Below are positions 1-10,300 of a stretch of 64,000 bases of DNA, one piece after another. The notes under the pieces are model-generated. The model was not told the DNA's origin. It saw only the letters and a program-made list of their open reading frames with translations, and did not search any database. The position numbers and the translations under genes were made by a program. Source of the DNA: Thermodesulfobacteriota bacterium. GTDB taxonomy: Bacteria > Desulfobacterota > Binatia > Bin18. The stretch is taken from positions 288,001 to 352,000 of the forward strand of contig OZ219926.1 of the NCBI GenBank assembly GCA_964291405.2, in the 5' to 3' direction. The number at the start of each line of letters is the position of its first letter. Position 1 is the stretch's first letter.

Positions 1-52
1 TGCTACGTTCTCTTCACCCTAACCCATGCTCTGGACGAGCGGAAAGCCTTGA

Positions 53-1324
<1,272 letters not shown>

Positions 1325-1392
1325 AGACCCTTACTCCCTGAGACAAACACCGTAGCGGGACGGCCCACTGCCGCTTTCCTGTAGGGCTTAGT

Positions 1393-2568
1393 ATGGATAT
1401 TCCTGATCAAGCAGATAGCCTTCTCAAAGCCGTACATGACCTCGCTCCCCAGGTCCGTTCGCTCAGTCATCAGATCGAAACCCAGCGTCGCCTTCCCCAG
1501 TCTCTTGTTGATGCTATGGCTGCCGCAGGCCTCTTTCGTCTGCTCATTCCTCGCTCGCTTGGCGGTCTTGAGATTGATGTCTCTACATTCATCCAGATTA
1601 TTGAGGCAGCCGCAGCCTTGGACGGGTCAGTCGGCTGGTCAGCCATGATCGGTGCAACAGGAGGGCTGACGAGCGGCTATCTTCCGCTGGAAACTGCTCG
1701 GGAGATCTATGGCAGCGATCCTCATATCATCACTGCCGGGTCCCTTGCTCCACACGGTAAGGCCAGACTAGTCGAGGGAGGCTATCACGTTACAGGACGT
1801 TGGCCTTTTAACAGTGGTTGTGAATATTGCGCCTGGCTCATGGGCAACTGCATTATCCATGAGGCTGATGAATCTCCCCATCTGCGTTCCGACGGACAGC
1901 CAGATATTCGTCTGATGCTCTTTCCTTCGGCGGAAGCCGAGATCATCGACACGTGGTCAGTCTCCGGCCTGCGAGGAAGCGGCAGTCATGACATCGCGAT
2001 CCATGACCTCTTTATTCCTGCAGAGAGAACCGTAGCATATGGCCTTGAGCCTCCTACGCAGCCTGGTCCGCTCTATGCCTTCCCCACCTTTGGCCTATTG
2101 GCAATCAGTGTTGCCAGCGTAGCCGTAGGCATGGCTCGAGGCGGTATTGATTGTCTTATGGAAGTTGCACGCACCAAGATTCCAACCGGAGGGCGTCGCC
2201 CGCTCTGCGAACGCCCATTCATCCACATGCAGGTGGCACAGGCCAGAGCGCGGCTCCAGGCAGCCCGCGCTGGACTCTTTGCGATAGCCCAAGAGATATG
2301 GGATATGGCGTGTCAGAAAGAAGCAATTCCCCTCGAGCAGCGGGCGGCTATCCGTCTTGCAGCCAACCACGCCACCAGCGAGTCAGCCGCAGTGGTAGAT
2401 AGCATGTATACGGTCGCGGGGACCAGTGCCATCTGGGACACGAGTCCGCTCCAGCGGGCTTTCCGCGACATCCACGTGCTGACCCAACACGCGGTCATCG
2501 CGCCACCCCTGTATGAACTTGCCGGTCGGGTATTGTTTGGCCTCAGAACCGATACGTCGATGCTATAG
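1393..2568 (+). CDS. Acyl-CoA dehydrogenase-fold flavin-dependent monooxygenase (group D, HsaA/IacA-like) oxygenase subunit
   Basis: Motifs AGLFRLLIPRSLGG, GRWPFNSGC, DTWSVSGLRGSGSHD and LQRAFRDIH. Confidence 0.85.
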   Translation: MDIPDQADSLLKAVHDLAPQVRSLSHQIETQRRLPQSLVDAMAAAGLFRLLIPRSLGGLEIDVSTFIQIIEAAAALDGSVGWSAMIGATGGLTSGYLPLETAREIYGSDPHIITAGSLAPHGKARLVEGGYHVTGRWPFNSGCEYCAWLMGNCIIHEADESPHLRSDGQPDIRLMLFPSAEAEIIDTWSVSGLRGSGSHDIAIHDLFIPAERTVAYGLEPPTQPGPLYAFPTFGLLAISVASVAVGMARGGIDCLMEVARTKIPTGGRRPLCERPFIHMQVAQARARLQAARAGLFAIAQEIWDMACQKEAIPLEQRAAIRLAANHATSESAAVVDSMYTVAGTSAIWDTSPLQRAFRDIHVLTQHAVIAPPLYELAGRVLFGLRTDTSML

Positions 2569-2597
2569 CCATCCGGCCACTTTCCTCTTCTCGTATG

Positions 2598-5405
2598 TCA
2601 GGGAACGACTTTTTTGAGCAACTGGAGGCTGACCTGAGGGTCGTGGTACGGGCCGCTGACCTGAAACGGCAGTGCCGTGAGTCGGTCGGTACTCTGGGCG
2701 AGCAGCTTGCCCGCCAACGGGACCTTTTCAACAACACTCGTAATCCCACGCAGTGGAATCACATCGGTTGTGATATCAAGCATTTTCTGCCGTAAGTCCA
2801 CTTGGCCTCGCGCGTCCAGGCGAACGGCCTCTCCGATGAGAGAAAGATTCTCTGTGGTGAGTTCCCCGTGTTTCACAACAATATCTCCAGTCAGCGAAGA
2901 AAAGGGGAGTCCTTCGCGGGGCAACTGCGGCAACGAAAAGCTGAGAAGACTTTGCAGACTGATGGCGGTCCAGAGCCGAACGAGAATCGGGAGTTGCTGA
3001 GCAATCCCATCTTTAACTGAGAGCGTCAATTCACCATCCCATTCCTCTGGGTCATCCCAGAACTCCCAATTGACAACCTCGATGTCGCCGCTGGCATCTA
3101 AGATGCCTGAGAGGGTATCGGTCGGATGGCCAAGAGCCGCAAAAAAATCTGCCGCCTCAACCTGGCTTACCTGCGGTGCGAACGAGAGTGCGGACGAGTC
3201 AAGCCAAAACGTCCCTTCTCCCCGAATATGGCCTGCTGAGACACCAGCTTCTTCGAGGCGAAAATCGACCTGACGATCATGCCGGTCAACAAAGGCCCGG
3301 ACCGGTGCCGCGCTCAATGTCTTATACCGCACCCGGTCGCAGTGGACATCGACACGTACCTTGTTCTGTTCTGCTGTCTCTCTCTTCTCCGGTTGAACGG
3401 CATCAGGGATCAAGATCGAGTCGAAATCCAGCTCGCCACATTCCAGGCTGACGCGCAACTCCAGGGGCTCAAAGCTCAGCAACTCACCCGAGCCCGCCAC
3501 ACTCCCGCCGGGCAGGCTGGCCTGCTCAATGACAAATCGGCCCTGCTGTCCCTGCCAGGAGAATTGTCCGCGCGCGATATCGAGCGGCTCAAGAAACGAC
3601 AGCACGTCCACACGGGCTTGGCTCAGCGCAATCCTCCCCTCGGTCTCCAGGCTGTGACGTTGCGGACCAAACCGGGCAACCAGACTGCCGCTGAGCTGTC
3701 CAGACTGCAGGTCAACCACAGTCTCGTCAAGCAGCGGAACAAAATCCTGGACGGTCGCCTGCGGGATGGACAGGGCAACACGTCCCTGCTGTGAGGCAGT
3801 AAAGGGCCGCTCGATCGTTCCCTCCAGGGACCCGACCGAGGTCCCTACACGAAAACGGATATCCTGTAGCCTTGCCTCCTCCGGCGTGAGATGCACGGTC
3901 CCGTTCACCTCGGACAGGGTCAGCCCCCACTCGGGAAGGGCCATGCCGGCGGAACGCCATTCCAGCGTCGCGGCGTACGAGAGCTGGGTGCTCCTGCCAG
4001 GGGGAAGTTGCGCGCGCAGCCGAAGGTCAGCCTGCCCTGACGGCTGGTGCACTGCTGGCAGGAACGCCTCCCGTTCTTTGCGTGAAACGAATGAGAGCAA
4101 AGAGTCTAGGTCATCGGCGAGATCTATCTGCGCGGCGAGTCTGACTCCGAGCGTTGGCGACTCTTTTGAGAACAGAGGTCCCCAGTCAACACTCAACTCC
4201 GTGAGCACCGAGGATCGTCCGTACGAGCCCCCCAGTTTCGAGGCGTGCAGTTGACCGTCCTGCAAACGAAGTTGTCCCGAGGTCAGACGAGCCGGGAGAC
4301 CATTCTTCACAAACCGGCCCTCCACCTCTTCAAGCGTGGCGTTGAAGATGAGCGAGGCTGAATTTTCAGCCAAATTTTCGAGCAGCCCAGCGACCGGCGC
4401 GACCACTACCCATGAGGAAGCGTAAGGCGGATTCTCCCAGCGCAAGTCTGTCAGGTCGATGCTGCCACGCTCAATCGTCAGGGGTGAAAGACGGGCCTCT
4501 CGTACGCTTATTCGACCCGAGACGGTCGTACTCGCGTTCGCCCTTCCGGTATACTTCCCCGAGAAGTCTGCACGAGCCGAGGGCCAATCTACCCCAAACC
4601 ATGTACCCAACTCCTGGACGGCAACATTCTGGAGGCGAATGTCGCCTCGCCATTCTGCTGGAGACGCGTTCGGTGTCGTCTCCCAGTATGGAGAGTGAGA
4701 ACGGAGCGTCAGTTGTCCAACATCTCCATTCCTACCCAAGTCCGCGCTCAACTCTCCCCATACACCACCTATATCCCAAGCAATCCGTAGCCGCGCACGA
4801 GTGAAGATCACGGGAACTCCGGTAGATATTTGCCGAAAGACAAGCGTCGCATCTTCCAGGACAAGTTGGTGGACCGACAGTTGTGGGGAAAACCAGAGAT
4901 TGGCATCAGACGGAGTTTCCTCAGCCTCGGCTTCTTGGATAAACGGATTCACCTGATGAGAGAACAGGCGCGCAACCGGAGCGGTCGATTCAGCATTCGA
5001 TATCGGTCGCGCGAGCTGGACGCTCGGCTTCAGGAAGAAAATATGACGAAAGAGCAGTTGCCCGCGTAAGAGCGCCTTAAGATCAAGCACGAGATCAATG
5101 CGTTCGGCAGTCATCAATGGATCGGTACCGCCATACGCCTGCACACGGACCGTCTTGAACTGAACCCCCACCCCCTGTCGAAAGGAGAGCGTACTCGATG
5201 CAATCTCCACTTCTGCGCGCAAGAACTCTTCCAGTTCTTGTTCAAGGAAGGCAACATAGCGCTGTTCGGACAAGAACCAGCCGGCGAGAAGAAGCCCCAC
5301 CAGGACGCCACTCAATCCAAGGACAACCAAGCCCAGAGTCAGTCGCCGCAGGTAGCGAAATATTCGGGGTCGCTGTTCTTCCGTTTCCGTCTCAGATCGG
5401 GTCAT
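2598..5405 (-). CDS. AsmA-like / YhdP-family bridge-like lipid transfer protein
   Basis: N-terminal TM anchor, long beta-rich body and AsmA_2-type C-terminus (GLPFSSLTGD...VEKVPLAGKLL...FQVSGPYHDPQV). Confidence 0.85.
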   Translation of the reverse strand: MTRSETETEEQRPRIFRYLRRLTLGLVVLGLSGVLVGLLLAGWFLSEQRYVAFLEQELEEFLRAEVEIASSTLSFRQGVGVQFKTVRVQAYGGTDPLMTAERIDLVLDLKALLRGQLLFRHIFFLKPSVQLARPISNAESTAPVARLFSHQVNPFIQEAEAEETPSDANLWFSPQLSVHQLVLEDATLVFRQISTGVPVIFTRARLRIAWDIGGVWGELSADLGRNGDVGQLTLRSHSPYWETTPNASPAEWRGDIRLQNVAVQELGTWFGVDWPSARADFSGKYTGRANASTTVSGRISVREARLSPLTIERGSIDLTDLRWENPPYASSWVVVAPVAGLLENLAENSASLIFNATLEEVEGRFVKNGLPARLTSGQLRLQDGQLHASKLGGSYGRSSVLTELSVDWGPLFSKESPTLGVRLAAQIDLADDLDSLLSFVSRKEREAFLPAVHQPSGQADLRLRAQLPPGRSTQLSYAATLEWRSAGMALPEWGLTLSEVNGTVHLTPEEARLQDIRFRVGTSVGSLEGTIERPFTASQQGRVALSIPQATVQDFVPLLDETVVDLQSGQLSGSLVARFGPQRHSLETEGRIALSQARVDVLSFLEPLDIARGQFSWQGQQGRFVIEQASLPGGSVAGSGELLSFEPLELRVSLECGELDFDSILIPDAVQPEKRETAEQNKVRVDVHCDRVRYKTLSAAPVRAFVDRHDRQVDFRLEEAGVSAGHIRGEGTFWLDSSALSFAPQVSQVEAADFFAALGHPTDTLSGILDASGDIEVVNWEFWDDPEEWDGELTLSVKDGIAQQLPILVRLWTAISLQSLLSFSLPQLPREGLPFSSLTGDIVVKHGELTTENLSLIGEAVRLDARGQVDLRQKMLDITTDVIPLRGITSVVEKVPLAGKLLAQSTDRLTALPFQVSGPYHDPQVSLQLLKKVVP

Positions 5406-5413
5406 GCTTACGT

Positions 5414-6262
5414 CTATTCAGTCGTACCAGGAGAAAGTTCATCCGCGACGAAGTCGTGAATAGTTTGGAAATACCGTTGCCCAGCAATCCTGTACAGGCC
5501 AACATGTTCCCCACCCGGGACTTCATAAAACTGCTTGGGTTGAGAGGCCAGTTCATACAGGTCGCGCCCCTGCTGAAAGGGCACGAGTCCATCCCGGGTG
5601 CCATGAATAACGAGCAGTGGAACCGTGAGCTTTGGAATAAGCCGGGCTGAGTTGAGATCGTCTTTCACTAAGAAGGCCAGGGGTCGGAGCAGAAGCAGGG
5701 TTTGTCCCATCGCGTGCAGGGAGTAAAACGGGGCTTCCAGAATCATACGTTCCGGGCGCACCTCCAGTGCGGGGTCAACCGCAAGGGCAATCGCGACCGC
5801 ACAGCCCAGGGATTCGCCAAAAAAGACGAGTCGCTTTCCTTTGCTCCAGCCCCGTTCCTGAATGAGCCGAATAGCGGCCCGGCCATCGGATACAATACCG
5901 GGAATCGACGGACGACCATGACTCAGACCGTAGCCCTGGTAATCAAACAAGACGTGGCTGCCGCCAACATGAGTGTGCATCAAATAGGCGTGCTCTAATC
6001 GATGCTTAATATTGCCGCCATTCCCGTGAAACCAGATAAAGATGACGTCCCCCGGGCCGGGAATATACCAGCCGTGCAAGAGCGTCCCATTCTCTCCTCC
6101 AAAGCGAATGTCCTCGTAGGCAAGCTCATAAACGGCTGGCGTGACGTCCACAGTCGAGCTGGGATGGAAAAGGAAAAAATTCTTCAGCCATTCGGCCGGA
6201 GCGACAAGAGTCGAGGCAAAAAAAGCACTCCAGCCAAGAACGATCTGCGTCATGCTTGTCAC
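5414..6262 (-). CDS. Alpha/beta hydrolase (ABHD13/YfhR-like)
   Basis: FHGNGGN, DYQGYG, GESLG nucleophile elbow, HGTRD and GGEH. Confidence 0.88.
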   Translation of the reverse strand: MTSMTQIVLGWSAFFASTLVAPAEWLKNFFLFHPSSTVDVTPAVYELAYEDIRFGGENGTLLHGWYIPGPGDVIFIWFHGNGGNIKHRLEHAYLMHTHVGGSHVLFDYQGYGLSHGRPSIPGIVSDGRAAIRLIQERGWSKGKRLVFFGESLGCAVAIALAVDPALEVRPERMILEAPFYSLHAMGQTLLLLRPLAFLVKDDLNSARLIPKLTVPLLVIHGTRDGLVPFQQGRDLYELASQPKQFYEVPGGEHVGLYRIAGQRYFQTIHDFVADELSPGTTE

Positions 6263-6313
6263 TGTATCGTTGCTCTACTCGCGCAGGCCGGAAGATGGAG
6301 CGTGGAGATGTTC

Positions 6314-6775
6314 CTACGGTTTCACCTTCTGGTGGGCCGGTCGTTTCTTCTTTTGATATAAGCCAGTCCGCCCTTCTAACAAATCACGTTGGGCGAGCTC
6401 TTCTTCCGGACTGTCCTGACCACTCACAAAGCGATAACTAGCCTGCACGAACTCGTCGACCTTTCCTTCGTCCGTCAATGTCTCCGCACTGAGCGCAAGA
6501 TATTCCCGCATCACAAACTCCCCGCCACCGGGATGAAAAAGGTCTCCAGCCCGACTGGCACTCGCGGAAATTAGCTGCATGGCTGGGAGTTTTAAGGCCA
6601 GATCTTCGCCTAGGAGAAAAGAAAAGGGATTACCATTGGCATAGTAGCACAGGCCGCCAAACATGCGGCGATGCGTGACCCCCGTCAGTCCCAAACGGGC
6701 AATTGCTTCATCCAGAGTCAACTGATGACGTGGAGGCGGACGCTTCGCCTTTTGCTTTGATATCTTTTGTGCCAC
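6314..6775 (-). CDS. TfoX/Sxy N-terminal domain protein
   Basis: RRMFGG...YANG...DLALKL and MREY motifs. Probable GTG start at 6775; the longer ORF overlaps the next gene. Confidence 0.7.
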   Translation of the reverse strand: MAQKISKQKAKRPPPRHQLTLDEAIARLGLTGVTHRRMFGGLCYYANGNPFSFLLGEDLALKLPAMQLISASASRAGDLFHPGGGEFVMREYLALSAETLTDEGKVDEFVQASYRFVSGQDSPEEELAQRDLLEGRTGLYQKKKRPAHQKVKP

Positions 6776-6824
6776 GACGATCAAGATAGAAGGGAAAGAT
6801 AGAATGGATACCTGCGTCTGCTGT

Positions 6825-7301
6825 CTACAAGAGATCCTGTGGCCCCTCTCCCTCCATGACGCCTCCAGGGGCGGCGACCAACCCCAATCCGACCAGGACC
6901 CAGAGCAGGACAATACCGCACACAATCCCTATGGCAATCGCGCTCCAGTACGACGCGAGTTCACCACCTTGTTGGATATGCAGGGCAATGGCCCGGCCCT
7001 GCAGACGAGTCGTCAGGAAATACATGACAAACACCTGGAGACCCACCAGTAGCGCCTCAAGCATGCGTTGCTCTTGCGGGATTAATCTGCTGAGGAGCAA
7101 CGAGCCTACCGTCAGCATCCCCGTCCAGAGAAAAACATCTCGAATGGCGCGGGGTTGAGACAGTCTCCGGCAGTTCATTGACAGCAGCACACCACCGGCA
7201 AGGGGAGAACCGAGGAAGGTGGCGAGGACAACTGCCCACACAGAATAGAGAGGCTCCTCCAGGTTATTCGTCCTGTGGCTCGGTAGATCAGTCGGCGGCA
7301 T
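6825..7301 (-). CDS. Hypothetical integral membrane protein (about 4 TM)
   Basis: ATG 7301 after GGAGAGGG; LYS...ATFLGSPLAGG..L..N motif and hydrophobic segments. Confidence 0.7.
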   Translation of the reverse strand: MPPTDLPSHRTNNLEEPLYSVWAVVLATFLGSPLAGGVLLSMNCRRLSQPRAIRDVFLWTGMLTVGSLLLSRLIPQEQRMLEALLVGLQVFVMYFLTTRLQGRAIALHIQQGGELASYWSAIAIGIVCGIVLLWVLVGLGLVAAPGGVMEGEGPQDLL

Positions 7302-7474
7302 AGCCCTCTCCACAAAAGATATTCGTCGGTCACGGTCGGCACACGAAGGTGCTCTGAGGCTACCCTTTGCCCCAGGACAATTCAACTGAGTATGACACCG
7401 GTGCTCGTGCGTGTGTTTGCTTCCTCACCACGGGCTATGCCACACTCAGGGTATGCCGTCCAGGAGGCCAGCGT

Positions 7475-7872
7475 ATGGCAAGAGGCATAGTCATCATCAT
7501 TTTGAGTTTTGGGGTTCTTGCCTGGCCGCAGGTGGGACTTGGGCAAGGCACGATTTACACCTGGGTTGATAGCAAGGGGACCGTCCACTATTCCGACACA
7601 CCAACCCGTGAAGCCCGCTCGATCAATGACGAGCTTCCACCGGCGGCGAGTTTTGGGATGCAACCGGATTCCGTGCCACAATCGGAAACACCACCCCCTG
7701 CTCTTCCGGCCCAAGGAGTGACAGCAGACGCGGCCGCTGATGCCTCTGAGCGTGAAGGGTATTTAACTCATGGGATGAAGAGGCTGAAGGCGGCCCATTC
7801 GGACGAGACGAAGATTTTGCACTCGGTCGAGATGGGCCGTTCGGCACAGACGACAGCGACGCCAACTATTGA
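7475..7872 (+). CDS. DUF4124 domain secreted protein, apparently frameshifted near 7757-7759
   Basis: RBS AGGAGG, signal peptide and IYTWVDSKGTVHYSDTP. Adding one G at GGG 7757-7759 gives an acidic tail ending at TGA 7870-7872 and removes a 110-bp overlap with the convergent gene. Confidence 0.7.
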
Positions 7873-8735
7873 AAGGATTCATCGCACTCAGCAACGGTTT
7901 CAGGATCGGTGGCGACTTGATCGGCCCACTCGCGGGTCTGGAACCAGTACTGGCTTCGCTGCTCAAGCCAGCCGCTAGCCTTGTTGGCCTCGATCCAGGT
8001 ATTGAAGAAATTTAGGGTATCGAGGTCACCTTTCCGCACGGCTATCGCTCCCACTTCCGAGGCAAACGGCGCTTCAGAAGGCCGGTAGAGCGTGGTCGGA
8101 TGGGCTTCAACCCACGTGTTCCGCGTTGTCGCGAACGCCGCCGCGGCATGAGCGTCACCTGCGACGACTGCCTGAAGGACAGCGTTATCGGTATCAAAGA
8201 GCAGTAACATGGCATCAGGAAAAACACTCTCGACAAACCTCACGGACGATGCTCCCCGACGGGTCGCAATCGTAACATCGGCACTGTTAAAATCTGCCAG
8301 TGTTCTCAAGGTGGCGGCTGCTTCGGTATTCGCCACGAGATAGACACCAGTAGAGTTGTACGTTGACGTGAAATTGACCCGGAGATTGCGCTCCGGAAGG
8401 GTCGTCATACCACTAATAATGACGTCAAACTCCTCAGCAATCAGTTCCGAGATGATGTAGGTCCAGTTCGTCCGCGCAAATTCAAGCTCAACCCCCATGT
8501 CTGCGGCTACTTTGGTCGCGACATCGATCTCGAAGCCGATCAGTTCGCCGTCTGCATTGCAGGCCGACCAGGGCTCGAACAGGCCGAGACCAACTTTCAG
8601 AGTCCCACGATCCTGGACCTCCTCGATAACGCTATCGAAAGCCCACCACGGGAAAAACTCGGCCGTCGCGCGCGAGCTGAAACCGCCAATCAGGGCAGTA
8701 ACGACCAGACCACACAATACGTGCTTTATCCGCAT
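7866..8735 (-). CDS. Polar amino-acid ABC transporter substrate-binding protein (family 3)
   Basis: Signal peptide; RGTLKVG, GELIGFEIDVA, FDVIISGMT...ER...VNF; RBS AGGAGG. Confidence 0.9.
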   Translation of the reverse strand: MRIKHVLCGLVVTALIGGFSSRATAEFFPWWAFDSVIEEVQDRGTLKVGLGLFEPWSACNADGELIGFEIDVATKVAADMGVELEFARTNWTYIISELIAEEFDVIISGMTTLPERNLRVNFTSTYNSTGVYLVANTEAAATLRTLADFNSADVTIATRRGASSVRFVESVFPDAMLLLFDTDNAVLQAVVAGDAHAAAAFATTRNTWVEAHPTTLYRPSEAPFASEVGAIAVRKGDLDTLNFFNTWIEANKASGWLEQRSQYWFQTREWADQVATDPETVAECDESFQ

Positions 8736-9019
8736 CGGACACCTCCTTTAAAGATTCGCTCCTCTCAGCCCCTAGCACACGTGACGCGGTTTTCAAAATC
8801 TAAGTGGGCGCTCGGGTGATCGACGTATCCTCTCTCTACGTCACACCACCATTTGCTCCTACCGTTCTTGCTGGGCTTGACCGGGACATCTTCAGCTTAT
8901 CGACCGGCTGTCTCAGGCGAGGTCTGGTCGAAAGCAGAGAACAGCGCTAGTATTGGCTCATACTCACCGCGACGTTCGCAAACCGGCCCACTGCGGCCAA
9001 ACGAAAAAGGGGGTGCAGT

Positions 9020-10216
9020 GTGAGTGCGCTGGATCATATTCGAATACTCGATTTAACCCAATTTGAAGCCGGCCCTTCGTGTACTGAAATTCTGGCCTTT
9101 CTCGGTGCAGACGTGGTGAAGGTGGAGCCGCCCAAAGGAGGGGACCAGGGCCGGTATCTCATTACCGATAAGCCGGGACTCGACTCACCCTACTTTCTCT
9201 TGTTGAACGCCAGCAAAAAAAGCATCAGCATCAATCTCAAAAGCGAAAAAGGGATGAGCATCTTTAAGCAGCTCGTGCCCCATTTTGACGTCCTGGTCGA
9301 GAATTACGGTCCGGGTGCCATCGCCAAACTGGGTCTGGGGTATGACGTTGTCTCGGCAATCAATCCGCGGATTGTCTACGCTCAGGTTAAAGGGTTTGGG
9401 ACCTACGGCCCATATTCTGGATTCAAGAGCTTTGACATGATTGCGCAGGCCACCGGCGGAGCTATGAGCGTCACAGGCACGCAGGACACGCCACCGCTCC
9501 GCCCTGGTCCGACCATAGGCGATACCGGAACCGGAATCCACTGTGCCGTGGGTATTCTCTCTGCCCTGCTCCAGCGCGAGAAGACCGGTACCGGTCAACG
9601 GGTCGAAGTGGCCATGCAGGATGCGGTGGTGAATCTGACCCGCATTGGCATGATGAGTCATTATTACGGCAGCGTCCCGGCCCAACGCTCGGGCAATCGG
9701 CTCGCAGGTCTGGCCCCAACCGATCTCTATCCATGCGCACCGGGCGGTCCCAACGATTATGCCTACATCATTAACACGACCCCGGCGATGTGGGAGGGCA
9801 CCCTGACAACCATCGGACGTGCGGACCTCATCAGCGACCCACGCTTTTGCGACCAGAAGAGTCGCAATGAGCACTTTGACGAAGTGTTTGCCATCATTGC
9901 GGACTGGACGAAACAGCGCGACAAATTTGCGGTTATGAAAGCTTTTGGTAAAGCCGGCGTGCCGTGTGGAGCCGTGCTCGACAGCGGCGATATCCTCGCC
10001 AACGAACACCTCAAAGAGCGCGGTATGATCACAACGGTTGAGCATCCAACGCGTGGGTGTTTCACCATGCCGGGCTGCGCAGTTCAGATGTCAGATTCTC
10101 CATCTGAGGTTCATCCTGCTCCGCTCTTGGGGCAGCACAATGCCGATATTTTCGGCTCCCTCCTGGGTCTGACGGAAGGCGATTTGGCGGGACTCAAGGA
10201 CGACGGCATTATCTAG
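9020..10216 (+). CDS. Family III CoA transferase (formyl-CoA transferase Frc-like)
   Basis: ILDLTQFEAGP, GADVVKVEPP, DVLVENY, catalytic Asp in IGDTGTG and APLLGQH. Confidence 0.9.
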   Translation: MSALDHIRILDLTQFEAGPSCTEILAFLGADVVKVEPPKGGDQGRYLITDKPGLDSPYFLLLNASKKSISINLKSEKGMSIFKQLVPHFDVLVENYGPGAIAKLGLGYDVVSAINPRIVYAQVKGFGTYGPYSGFKSFDMIAQATGGAMSVTGTQDTPPLRPGPTIGDTGTGIHCAVGILSALLQREKTGTGQRVEVAMQDAVVNLTRIGMMSHYYGSVPAQRSGNRLAGLAPTDLYPCAPGGPNDYAYIINTTPAMWEGTLTTIGRADLISDPRFCDQKSRNEHFDEVFAIIADWTKQRDKFAVMKAFGKAGVPCGAVLDSGDILANEHLKERGMITTVEHPTRGCFTMPGCAVQMSDSPSEVHPAPLLGQHNADIFGSLLGLTEGDLAGLKDDGII

Positions 10217-10300
10217 TCGGTGACCCCGTTCCTCAAGAGAGACACCCTTGCGGCTCCGCCTCAAAGCTGACACAAAAAAGAGCCGTACAGGAGGATTGGC

